From the IMG/VR virus record IMGVR_UViG_3300040971_000039, positions 1 to 33,444 of that record: a stretch of 33,444 nucleotides of DNA; one strand, given 5' to 3'. The position numbers were made by a program, and so were the translations under genes. Shown here in pieces: positions 17,706-25,432 of the stretch. The first letter of the stretch is position 1. Every line of letters starts with the position of its first letter. Below the pieces are notes generated by a model, which saw only the letters and a list, made by a program, of their open reading frames with translations, had not been told where the DNA came from and searched no databases. The DNA is from a virus (taxonomy: Duplodnaviria > Caudoviricetes).

Positions 17706-17814
17706 GGAAGCGAACCGCATCTTTTCGGAGTGCGGCTGGTGTGGCTAGCCATAGAATAGCCAAATCAATAATTTCTGTACTCCACCTAATTGCTGTTGGC
17801 TTTGGGTTGGAATC

Positions 17815-17892
17815 GGGGCAAAAATGGTGTCGATTGGTGTTAAGACCCGAAAGGGAAGCACCAAGACGAGGATTCGATTTCCTCTTGCTCCA
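17815..17892 (+). ncRNA. mini-tmRNA: tRNA-like domain only, no mRNA-like domain
   Basis: Acceptor GGGGCAA/TTGCTCC+A with G3-U wobble; stemless D loop AAATGGTGTCGA; helix TTGGTGTT/AGCACCAA; GAC linker; T arm GAGGA-TTCGATT-TCCTC. Confidence 0.75.
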
Positions 17893-18067
17893 CAAATGCC
17901 GGTTCGATTCCGGCTCGGTTGCTGAGGATTGGTATGAAGGGATGGTGTTTCGATAGCACCTGCAACGGCTGTGATGAAAAAGACCATGCACGGCTAGCTT
18001 AAGGTAAGTGGTAGCAGAGGGTTGCGGCTCTAACGCGAGATATTATTTTCACAAAGGAGAAATGAAC

Positions 18068-18445
18068 ATGCTAGACAAAACTAAGAATTACAAAATCGAC
18101 GTTAGTGCATTAAGCACGGCGGAAAGGACTGCATTACAGGAAGAGTTGTTCAAGATGGGGTACAAGTGGTACTCAACAGGGCAATCTATTGCAAATTTTA
18201 ACGAGGGGTTTTTAATATTACACCAAGATGGAGATATCTCGTGTTGTAATACTGTTTATTCTCGTAAATTTGATTATCCTGCTCTTACGGTGTCAGACAT
18301 CATGCCACAACCAGAAGAGAGAACATTGCGAGACTGGTTTGCTGGGTTGGCAATGGTGCAACTAATGCAAACTCATGATGATGACGATGTAGCCGGTTGG
18401 TCATATCACTATGCAGACATGATGATCAAGGAGCGGAATAAATGA
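18068..18445 (+). CDS. hypothetical phage protein with C-terminal TLRDWFAGLAM motif
   Basis: AAAGGAG RBS; the motif TLRD.FA..AM...AD.M is common in small phage proteins. Confidence 0.7.
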   Translation: MLDKTKNYKIDVSALSTAERTALQEELFKMGYKWYSTGQSIANFNEGFLILHQDGDISCCNTVYSRKFDYPALTVSDIMPQPEERTLRDWFAGLAMVQLMQTHDDDDVAGWSYHYADMMIKERNK

Positions 18446-18636
18446 AAAAGTCAAAAATGATGGAACAATATGAACAGGAAACCGGTGAGATTATTATGCA
18501 ATACGGCGATTCTCATTTCTTTGGTTATATCGCTTGGCTAGAATCTCTTGCATTATGTACTAAGCCAAACCTCACACCAGCCCAAGAGAACGCCTACAAG
18601 GGGTCGCTAAGCGATTCTAAAGCGGAAAAGGTATAA
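18442..18636 (+). CDS. hypothetical protein
   Basis: AGGAG RBS; ATGA overlap. Confidence 0.65.
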   Translation: MKKSKMMEQYEQETGEIIMQYGDSHFFGYIAWLESLALCTKPNLTPAQENAYKGSLSDSKAEKV

Positions 18637-18689
18637 TCTATAAACTTGCGCTACAAAGTGGCGTAGAGAACGAATAAAGGAGTCCTAAC

Positions 18690-18929
18690 ATGGCACTATG
18701 GCTAGACAAAAACGATTACGAGTTTGAAACAGAAGACCAGAAATTGTCTTTCATCCAGGACACATTCTTCGATCACATGTACCGGTGTCCGAATTGTGGA
18801 GAGTCATACACCGATGAAGACGGCGCACTCAAATGCTGTCACGAGGATTGTTACGAGCAGGACAAGGAATATGTGATAGAGCGTAACGCTGACGAGCGTA
18901 TGCAGGAGGGGAAATATGGAAAAGACTGA
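18690..18929 (+). CDS. small zinc-finger protein
   Basis: AAGGAG RBS; YRCPNCGESY...ALKCC. Confidence 0.65.
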   Translation: MALWLDKNDYEFETEDQKLSFIQDTFFDHMYRCPNCGESYTDEDGALKCCHEDCYEQDKEYVIERNADERMQEGKYGKD

Positions 18930-19386
18930 ACTGATGAAACGGTATGAGCAGGAGACTGGTAAACCTGTAGCAATCCAAGAAGGCCCTTGCAAAGGTTGTA
19001 TCCAGCATAAGTATTATGAATGGTTGTCAGCCAAAGCCACCGCATACGACATTGTATCTCAGGAAAAATTGGTGATTGAGTTTACTATCCTGCATGCATT
19101 AAATGGTAGAACTGACTACGAAGGTCTACCTGCAAGTAACATAAATTGGATACAGGTTCTCCGTCTGGTTACTGAAAAAGCCAAAGCCTACGACAGACTG
19201 ATGAGTATGAATACCGTATCTGAAAACGAAATAAAAATAGTGCTTGATGGAAACGCTTGGTGTGCATACCGACTACCATTTAGAAATCTGCAAGAAGACA
19301 ATGCTGGATTTGGTGTTACTCCTCAAATAGCATTAACCGCTTTACTGGAATCAGAAATGCCAGACAATTTGGAGGTAACAAAATGA
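18916..19386 (+). CDS. hypothetical protein
   Basis: GGAGG RBS. Confidence 0.65.
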   Translation: MEKTELMKRYEQETGKPVAIQEGPCKGCIQHKYYEWLSAKATAYDIVSQEKLVIEFTILHALNGRTDYEGLPASNINWIQVLRLVTEKAKAYDRLMSMNTVSENEIKIVLDGNAWCAYRLPFRNLQEDNAGFGVTPQIALTALLESEMPDNLEVTK

Positions 19387-19652
19387 AAGTATTTCTTTCA
19401 GGATCGATTACATCAGATCCAAACTACAAAGAGCATTTCAAGGCAGCAGGGGAGCGTTTCCCATCCGACATAGTCTTTGACCCGTCCACACTTCCGCCAA
19501 ACCTACCATACACTACCTACATAAAGCTGTGCCTTGCTGAGCTTGTGACCTGCACGCATATTTATTACGTCAATGACGTGACAACCAGCAAGGGGAGTTT
19601 CATAGAGCGCATCGTTGCTATGGCGTGTGGGATTGAGGAGGTGGTTGGATGA
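19383..19652 (+). CDS. DUF4406 family protein
   Basis: MKVFLSGSIT...Y..HF...VFDP...YIKLCLAEL..C..IY...SKGSFIE..A...GI pattern. Confidence 0.75.
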   Translation: MKVFLSGSITSDPNYKEHFKAAGERFPSDIVFDPSTLPPNLPYTTYIKLCLAELVTCTHIYYVNDVTTSKGSFIERIVAMACGIEEVVG

Positions 19653-19984
19653 AACACGACGAATCACAAATACAGTGCGCAATCTGCCACCTCCTGCAAC
19701 TGCACCATATCTTTTTCCATTCCGTTCCAAACGAGCTAGCAGGTGGCGGAAAAGGCGCTAAAATCAGAATGGGACAATTTATATCTACTGGCCTTCGTCC
19801 AGGCGTAGCGGATTTGGTGGTTTTCTGGCCATCTGGTATCGGCTATGTTGAGGTAAAGACACCGACAGGACGGCAGTCGGACAATCAGAAACGCTTCCAA
19901 GAACGGTGTAAAGAGTACGGCGTTCCGTATGATTTGGTTAGGTCGGTGGAGGATGTGGAGAGGTTGATAAGGAGGTATGTATGA
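19649..19984 (+). CDS. VRR-NUC domain nuclease (Holliday junction resolvase-like)
   Basis: ESQIQ, SVPNE, GVADL, VEVKTPTGRQSDNQKRF, VRSVEDV. Confidence 0.9.
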   Translation: MKHDESQIQCAICHLLQLHHIFFHSVPNELAGGGKGAKIRMGQFISTGLRPGVADLVVFWPSGIGYVEVKTPTGRQSDNQKRFQERCKEYGVPYDLVRSVEDVERLIRRYV

Positions 19985-20175
19985 TGGCAAAATTTCACGT
20001 AGTTGCATTTCTCGATGATGGTACATGTAGGCAAGTAATGATGAAGCAAGAAGAATTAGACATGTTAGAATCGTTTATTTACCAATTATATCCGAAAGAG
20101 ATTCTTGTAGCAGAAGATAAGTTACAGTTAGAAGTTGTAAATAAATCCGCCTCCTTGCACTCCACCAATGACTGA
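19981..20175 (+). CDS. hypothetical protein
   Basis: AGGAGG RBS. Confidence 0.65.
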   Translation: MMAKFHVVAFLDDGTCRQVMMKQEELDMLESFIYQLYPKEILVAEDKLQLEVVNKSASLHSTND

Positions 20176-20183
20176 GGTATGAT
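20155..20183 (+). promoter_or_regulatory. candidate promoter for the packaging operon
   Basis: TTGCAC-17 nt-TATGAT, ending 6 nt before the terS ATG. Confidence 0.5.
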
Positions 20184-20189
20184 TGACGT

Positions 20190-20543
20190 ATGGGAAGACC
20201 GAAAAAGTGGACAGATGAAAAGCTAGAAGAGTTGTCTCTTATGGTTAGGGATTATACCGATAAGGAAACGATCCCTACCATTGCTGGGTTCTGCTATAAA
20301 AACGACATTAGAAAACAAGTATTATATGAACATGAGCCTTTGCTAGACTCTATAAAAAGGATGATGGAGAAGAAGGAACACGTCCTTGAGGTTGGTGGGC
20401 TTACCGGTGAGTATGACAAGACTATGGTAATCTTCTCTCTTAAACAAATGGGTTGGCGCGACAAACCCAAGGATGATGAGGACGACAATCTACAGGAAGC
20501 TTTCAAAGCGATTGCCGATAAGTTGCTAGATGGAAACAAGTAA
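20190..20543 (+). CDS. terS: terminase small subunit
   Basis: MGRPKKW...PTIAGF...IFSLKQMGWRDK; directly upstream of terL. Confidence 0.82.
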   Translation: MGRPKKWTDEKLEELSLMVRDYTDKETIPTIAGFCYKNDIRKQVLYEHEPLLDSIKRMMEKKEHVLEVGGLTGEYDKTMVIFSLKQMGWRDKPKDDEDDNLQEAFKAIADKLLDGNK

Positions 20544-21801
20544 CCTCCTACCATTCGGGCCTAAAGCATTAGAATCCATCAAAAATACGGGCTTTCTCAC
20601 GGTGTGGGAAGGCTCTGTTCGTTCTATGAAGACAGTAACGTCATTGTTTGGGTTTCTTACCTACGTCATGGCATACCCTGTATCAAACAGTCGCTTTGTA
20701 ATGACCGGTGCTACACAAGGCTCAATCTACCGTAACTGCATCGAGAATGAGTTTGGCATACTCGCATTGTCCGGGAACCTCTTGGAAGAGAAGACAGACA
20801 AGAACAACTCAAAGTACCTGTCACTCATCGGAACAAAGAAAAAGATATACTATTTCGGCGGTGACAATGTATCAAGTTACAAGCCGATACGAGGGCAGAC
20901 CTACGCAGGATGGTACGCTGACGAGATAAACAACCACCACCAAAATACGATAGTTGAGTGTTTTAACCGTACAGTAGTGTCTCTTGATCGGCGCATATTC
21001 TGGACGCTGAACCCAGACGCACCAAGCCATTGGATATATTCAGACTACATAGACAAGTACAAGAAGGACAACATAGCCGGTTATCGCTGGTTCCATTTTA
21101 CCCTGGATGATAACCCTGCAATCACACCAGAGAGGCGTGCAGAGCTTGAGCGTCAGTATACCGGTGTATTCTACCAACGCTATATCCTAGGGCGCAGGGT
21201 GCGTGCAGAGGGTACAATATATACCAGTTTTGATAGGTCAAGACATATAGTCAACGACATGCCAAAGAACAAGGACGGTACGCCGTGTACTGTTATCTTC
21301 TGCAATATTGGTGCAGACATCGGTGGCAATAAATCGGCGACATCCTATGTGTGTACAGGATTCTTTATCAAGGATGGCAAGCTTGCAATCATTGCGCTTG
21401 ATGAATTGTACGACAAAGAGAACCATTCAACCGAATCAATAATCAAAAACTTTGAGAAGTTTGCAAAACAACAGAAAGAGTTGTATACTGTTGCCGACGG
21501 ATATGTTGACAGTGCAGAGCAGCTTATAGTTAAGTCCATGAAAAACCTAGGCATTATCAACGTGCATGGGTCGAAGAAGATAAAGATAGTTGACCGCATT
21601 AGGCTGTTGGACTATCTACTCTCTTGCGATAGGGCGTTTATCCATCAGCGATGTAAACACTTAATTGATGCGGTAGAAAATGCTGTTTGGGATATGAAGG
21701 GTATGAAGGAAGAAAGGCTGGATGATGGCACGAGTGACATAGATAGTTTAGACGCCCTGGAATATAGCTTTGAGCGAAGATATAAGGAATTAATGGTATG
21801 A
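20530..21801 (+). CDS. terL: terminase large subunit (PBSX-like)
   Basis: EGSVRSMKT, YADE, TLNPDAPSHW, FTLDDNP, FYQRYILG, GADIG, DSLDALEY. Confidence 0.92.
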   Translation: METSNLLPFGPKALESIKNTGFLTVWEGSVRSMKTVTSLFGFLTYVMAYPVSNSRFVMTGATQGSIYRNCIENEFGILALSGNLLEEKTDKNNSKYLSLIGTKKKIYYFGGDNVSSYKPIRGQTYAGWYADEINNHHQNTIVECFNRTVVSLDRRIFWTLNPDAPSHWIYSDYIDKYKKDNIAGYRWFHFTLDDNPAITPERRAELERQYTGVFYQRYILGRRVRAEGTIYTSFDRSRHIVNDMPKNKDGTPCTVIFCNIGADIGGNKSATSYVCTGFFIKDGKLAIIALDELYDKENHSTESIIKNFEKFAKQQKELYTVADGYVDSAEQLIVKSMKNLGIINVHGSKKIKIVDRIRLLDYLLSCDRAFIHQRCKHLIDAVENAVWDMKGMKEERLDDGTSDIDSLDALEYSFERRYKELMV

Positions 21802-21953
21802 AAAACGTACATATACTTCCTAGTTTTTTTGGTCATTGGCGAGTCTGTAATTGGAATGAATGGTTTGTTAGCCTATATTTATCACTATATATGCCATGGT
21901 ATTATATGGTTGGTGAGTATCTAGGAAGTAAATTTGACTGGTGGAGAGAATAA
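21798..21953 (+). CDS. 51-aa Trp/Tyr-rich peptide between terL and portal
   Basis: Hand-translated MKNVHILPSFFGHWRVCNWNEWFVSLYLSLYMPWYYMVGEYLGSKFDWWRE; ATGA overlap with the terL stop; fills the gap. Confidence 0.55.
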   Translation: MKNVHILPSFFGHWRVCNWNEWFVSLYLSLYMPWYYMVGEYLGSKFDWWRE

Positions 21954-21956
21954 AAG

Positions 21957-23348
21957 ATGAGTATACTAGGGAGGATTAAGGACATGTTTATACCAAAGAC
22001 CATATTGAGTGAGATACCGGCGAGCGTTGCCAATCGTGAGGAAGCTATCGAGGAATGGTTTGACGCATACAAAATGAAAGCACCTTGGCTGGACTACACG
22101 TACCGAACGGTGGACGGTAGAACTAAGAACCGAAAGCGTCTATCTTTGAACGCCGGAAAGCTGGTATGTAAAGAGCTTAACTCCTTGGTGTTCTCTGAGA
22201 GCCCCACCATTACCACCGATAAGACTATTGATGAGATTCTTAAGAAGAACGATTTCTTGACCAACTTCCAGGAGTTTTCAGAATACGTTTTGGCGCTAGG
22301 TGGCGGTGCTATGAAAATCCGCTACGATGGTACGGATATCATACTTGACTTTGTAAAGGCACATAACTTCATCCCACTATCATGGGATAACAAGCGAGTT
22401 ACAGAAGCCTCCTTTATCTCCCACATGACTAAAGACAAGCGCAAGGTGTCGCTGGTCGAAACGCACAGGAAAGTTGGTGAAACATACGTAATCACCAACA
22501 CGATGTACGATGAAGAGACAGGGCGCAAAGTAGATTTGCCTGTAGAGTACAAAGCTACGGCAACTATTCTTGTTGACGTTCCTCTCTTTGCATACGTTAA
22601 ACCGGCGATTGCAAACAACTTTGACCCAGAATCGCCACTTGGAATCTCCATCTATGGCAACGCAATGGACACGCTCAAGGCGTTGGATATTGCTTTCGAT
22701 GGTCTGAATAGTGAAATCGTATTGGGAAAGAAACGTATTATTGTACCGGCGAACGCAATACGTACCGTGGTCGATGAAAACGGTAAGATGGTGCGGTACT
22801 TTGACGCATCAGATGAAGTCTTCTCTGCACTGAACATTGACGACGAAGAAGCCTTAAAAATACAGGACAACAGCGTAGAATTAAGAATAACTGAAATACG
22901 CCTTGCAATCCAGACGCTCTTTGATATTCTGTCGATACAGGTCGGATTCTCCGCTGGGTATCTTTCCTTTGACGGTGGGGTGGCAGCAAAGACAGCGACA
23001 GAAGTAATAAGTGATAACTCAAAGACATTCAAAACTAAGCAGTCTTACGAAAACAATCTAGCCACCGGTGTTATTGATTTGCTTGACGCTATGCGATCAT
23101 TAATCAAGACGTACCAACTAGGAACTGTCACCGACAAAGAGTACATCATTATCTTTGACGATAGCGTTATCGAGGACAGGAACAGCAAGGCAACGTACTG
23201 GATTAACCTGTACGCTTCTGGCTTGGCTCCCTTGTCGTTGGTGTTGGAGAAGGTGCATGGTGTGAGCAAAGAGGAAGCGCAAAAGATGGCAACAGAACTA
23301 GAGAGCAAGAAGACCGAAAGCGTGTCATTATTTGGTGGTGGTGCTTGA
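21957..23348 (+). CDS. portal protein (A118/SPP1 gp6-like)
   Basis: Position and size; SPLGISIYGNA.DTLKALD, KTATEV.S, FDDSVIED. Confidence 0.92.
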   Translation: MSILGRIKDMFIPKTILSEIPASVANREEAIEEWFDAYKMKAPWLDYTYRTVDGRTKNRKRLSLNAGKLVCKELNSLVFSESPTITTDKTIDEILKKNDFLTNFQEFSEYVLALGGGAMKIRYDGTDIILDFVKAHNFIPLSWDNKRVTEASFISHMTKDKRKVSLVETHRKVGETYVITNTMYDEETGRKVDLPVEYKATATILVDVPLFAYVKPAIANNFDPESPLGISIYGNAMDTLKALDIAFDGLNSEIVLGKKRIIVPANAIRTVVDENGKMVRYFDASDEVFSALNIDDEEALKIQDNSVELRITEIRLAIQTLFDILSIQVGFSAGYLSFDGGVAAKTATEVISDNSKTFKTKQSYENNLATGVIDLLDAMRSLIKTYQLGTVTDKEYIIIFDDSVIEDRNSKATYWINLYASGLAPLSLVLEKVHGVSKEEAQKMATELESKKTESVSLFGGGA

Positions 23349-23373
23349 AGTCCTTTATAGCATGGTGTATAGT
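23345..23373 (+). promoter_or_regulatory. candidate promoter (TTGAAGTCCT type)
   Basis: TTGAAG-17 nt-TATAGT; first 10 nt identical to the element at 25251. Confidence 0.55.
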
Positions 23374-23391
23374 TTGGGTAAATGGGAACAT

Positions 23392-23595
23392 ATGAAAGTA
23401 CATACTGCAACAGTAAACAAAAAAGACACACTCAGAGTCTACCACGCTCAGTGTGACTTCTTTGGATTCTCTCCAAAGGACTCATTTACACTGGAAAAAA
23501 TGTCGGCACGTGAAGTGTATGCATTGTGTGAGAGTGACTACCGAAACCAGAGCAAACGCATGCAGAAGAAGTATATTAAGGCATTGAGGAAATAA
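23392..23595 (+). CDS. 67-aa hypothetical protein between portal and minor capsid
   Basis: In-frame ATG at 23392; the stop abuts the next ATG. Confidence 0.6.
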   Translation: MKVHTATVNKKDTLRVYHAQCDFFGFSPKDSFTLEKMSAREVYALCESDYRNQSKRMQKKYIKALRK

Positions 23596-24663
23596 ATGCA
23601 AACCGCCAACGACCTGCTCTACGACGTAGAGACCTCAATCATGGAAAACATCGTTACCTTTCTTTCGAGAGGAAGTGTTGCGTCTGCTAACTGGCAGATA
23701 GATAGATTGCAGGCATATGGTGCGTTGAATACAGAGAACAGGAAAGCTATCGCAAAGATAACAAACCAGATAGGCACACTTACAAACAAAGAAGTCGCCG
23801 AAGCTATGAAGTCGGCTCTTGCTGAGATTGAACCACAGTTCTTAAAGGCGCAAAAAGCAGGGGTCACTCTCCTTGATGCTCTACCACCAAACGCCTCACC
23901 GGCATTACGTGACCTTCTATCGGTGTACCAAGGGCGTGCTGTGCGTGACATGAACTACACCATGCAGACGTTGCTCAACAACGCCGGAAGCGTGTATGTT
24001 CAGTCGGTAAATAAAGCATCTTTACTTCTTCTGTCTGGATCCATTGCACCAGATGAAGCAATAGCGCAAACGGTGAGGGCTTGGAGCAAATCCGGCATAC
24101 CTTCCATCGTTGACAAGGCTGGTCGGCAGTGGTCAACGGAAGCGTATGCACAGATGGTAATGCGTTCCACCGTTAGGAATGTAATCACAGAAACACAATT
24201 CACACGGTGTGACGAATATGGAACAGACTTGATAGAAATTAGCTCACACGTGGACGCAAGGGAGGGGTGTGCGCCGTATCAAGGTAGGGTATTTTCAAGG
24301 AATGGGAAGACAAAGGGGTATCCGTTATTGGCGTCAACTAGCTACGGCGACCCTGCGGGAATTTTTGGCGTGAATTGTAGGCACCAGGCTTACGGTTACT
24401 TTCCTGGTATAAGCACACAAACATATGAGGAAAAGCCTTTTGATAAGGAAGCATACGACAACAGCCAAACTCAACGCCGGTATGAACGAGACATTAGGCA
24501 GAGCAAAAGGGAGCTGGCTGTTATGGAGAAGTCTGGTAATGAGCAAGCTATAGCAAAGGCTAAGGATACACTCAAGAACAGACAAGCGAATATGAGAGGG
24601 TTCTTAGATGAGTCTGGAAGGACTAGAAGATATAGTCGTGAACAAATTTACGACATATTATAA
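23596..24663 (+). CDS. minor capsid protein (Phage_min_cap2 type)
   Basis: DKAGRQWSTEAY, ISSH.DAR..CAPYQGRVF, GIFGVNCRH, QRRYERDIRQSKR, RRYSREQI. Confidence 0.9.
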   Translation: MQTANDLLYDVETSIMENIVTFLSRGSVASANWQIDRLQAYGALNTENRKAIAKITNQIGTLTNKEVAEAMKSALAEIEPQFLKAQKAGVTLLDALPPNASPALRDLLSVYQGRAVRDMNYTMQTLLNNAGSVYVQSVNKASLLLLSGSIAPDEAIAQTVRAWSKSGIPSIVDKAGRQWSTEAYAQMVMRSTVRNVITETQFTRCDEYGTDLIEISSHVDAREGCAPYQGRVFSRNGKTKGYPLLASTSYGDPAGIFGVNCRHQAYGYFPGISTQTYEEKPFDKEAYDNSQTQRRYERDIRQSKRELAVMEKSGNEQAIAKAKDTLKNRQANMRGFLDESGRTRRYSREQIYDIL

Positions 24664-24684
24664 TAACAAACGCAAGGAGTAATT

Positions 24685-25254
24685 ATGAAAACATTCAAGA
24701 ATCGTGTATTTTTCGACGTAGAAACAGACCCGACACCACCGCCTGCTGACCCAACACCTGCACCGGTGGAGAAACCAGAACCAGAAAAGACCTTCACCCA
24801 AGCCGAAGTCAACGCACTGAACGCAAAGACCAAGACCAGTGAACGTATGGCCTTACTCAAGGAACTTGGCATCGAGGACGCAAAGGACGCAAAGGAAGCA
24901 CTCAAGAAGTACAAGGAGCAAGAGGACGCAAAGAAGACCGAAGCGGAGAAACTACAGGAAGCGATCAAGGCAGAGCAGACCAAGGCAACTACGGCGGAAC
25001 AGAGGGCGACTATTGCGGAGGCGCAGCTTGAGGCTGTAAAACTCGGCGTACCTGCTGACAAAGCGCAGAAGATGGTCAAGCTCGCAATGACCTATGACGG
25101 CGAGACTGTATCCGACAAGCTCAACGCCGTTCTCAAGGACTTCCCAGAGTTCAAAGGTGGATCGACGCTTGACAAGTTCGGTAATCCGATCAAGAACGAA
25201 GGCGACAAAACCCTTGACAAAGTAGCAGAAGAGTTTGCTAAAGCGATGGGTTGA
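24685..25254 (+). CDS. capsid scaffolding protein
   Basis: Pro-rich N-terminus, KTFTQAEVN motif, coiled coil; precedes the major capsid gene. Confidence 0.85.
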   Translation: MKTFKNRVFFDVETDPTPPPADPTPAPVEKPEPEKTFTQAEVNALNAKTKTSERMALLKELGIEDAKDAKEALKKYKEQEDAKKTEAEKLQEAIKAEQTKATTAEQRATIAEAQLEAVKLGVPADKAQKMVKLAMTYDGETVSDKLNAVLKDFPEFKGGSTLDKFGNPIKNEGDKTLDKVAEEFAKAMG

Positions 25255-25279
25255 AGTCCTACAGCACATATGATACTAT
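25251..25279 (+). promoter_or_regulatory. candidate promoter of the major capsid gene
   Basis: TTGAAG-17 nt-TACTAT with extended TG; TATAAT overlaps at 25277. Confidence 0.6.
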
Positions 25280-25286
25280 AATTACA

Positions 25287-25419
25287 GTAGTTTACTAAGT
25301 TCTTCTAAAAACTTAGGCGAGGCACTAGAGCCTTATAATCTAGGTGAGGTAAGAATCCCTTAAAGATTCAATATCAAACTTACTTATAGGCACTAGTGTT
25401 TTTTTGTGCCTAATACTAC
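25287..25419 (+). ncRNA. structured 5' leader of the major capsid gene
   Basis: Closing GTAGT/ACTAC enclosing hairpins CTAAGTT/AACTTAG, CTAGA/TCTAG, GTAAG/CTTAC with GAATC/GATTC, and TAGGCAC/GTGCCTA. Confidence 0.55.
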
Positions 25420-25432
25420 GGAGGGCTAAAAA

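Noticed and set aside
17815-17892. attP remnant of an ssrA-integrating prophage, or ordinary tRNA-Ala
   Set aside because: Both acceptor strands are present and pair, and no integrase is recognisable. There is no D stem or 7-nt anticodon loop as in a tRNA.
17638-17991. ORFs across the structured-RNA region
   Set aside because: No convincing RBS or protein features; the RNA structures explain the sequence better.
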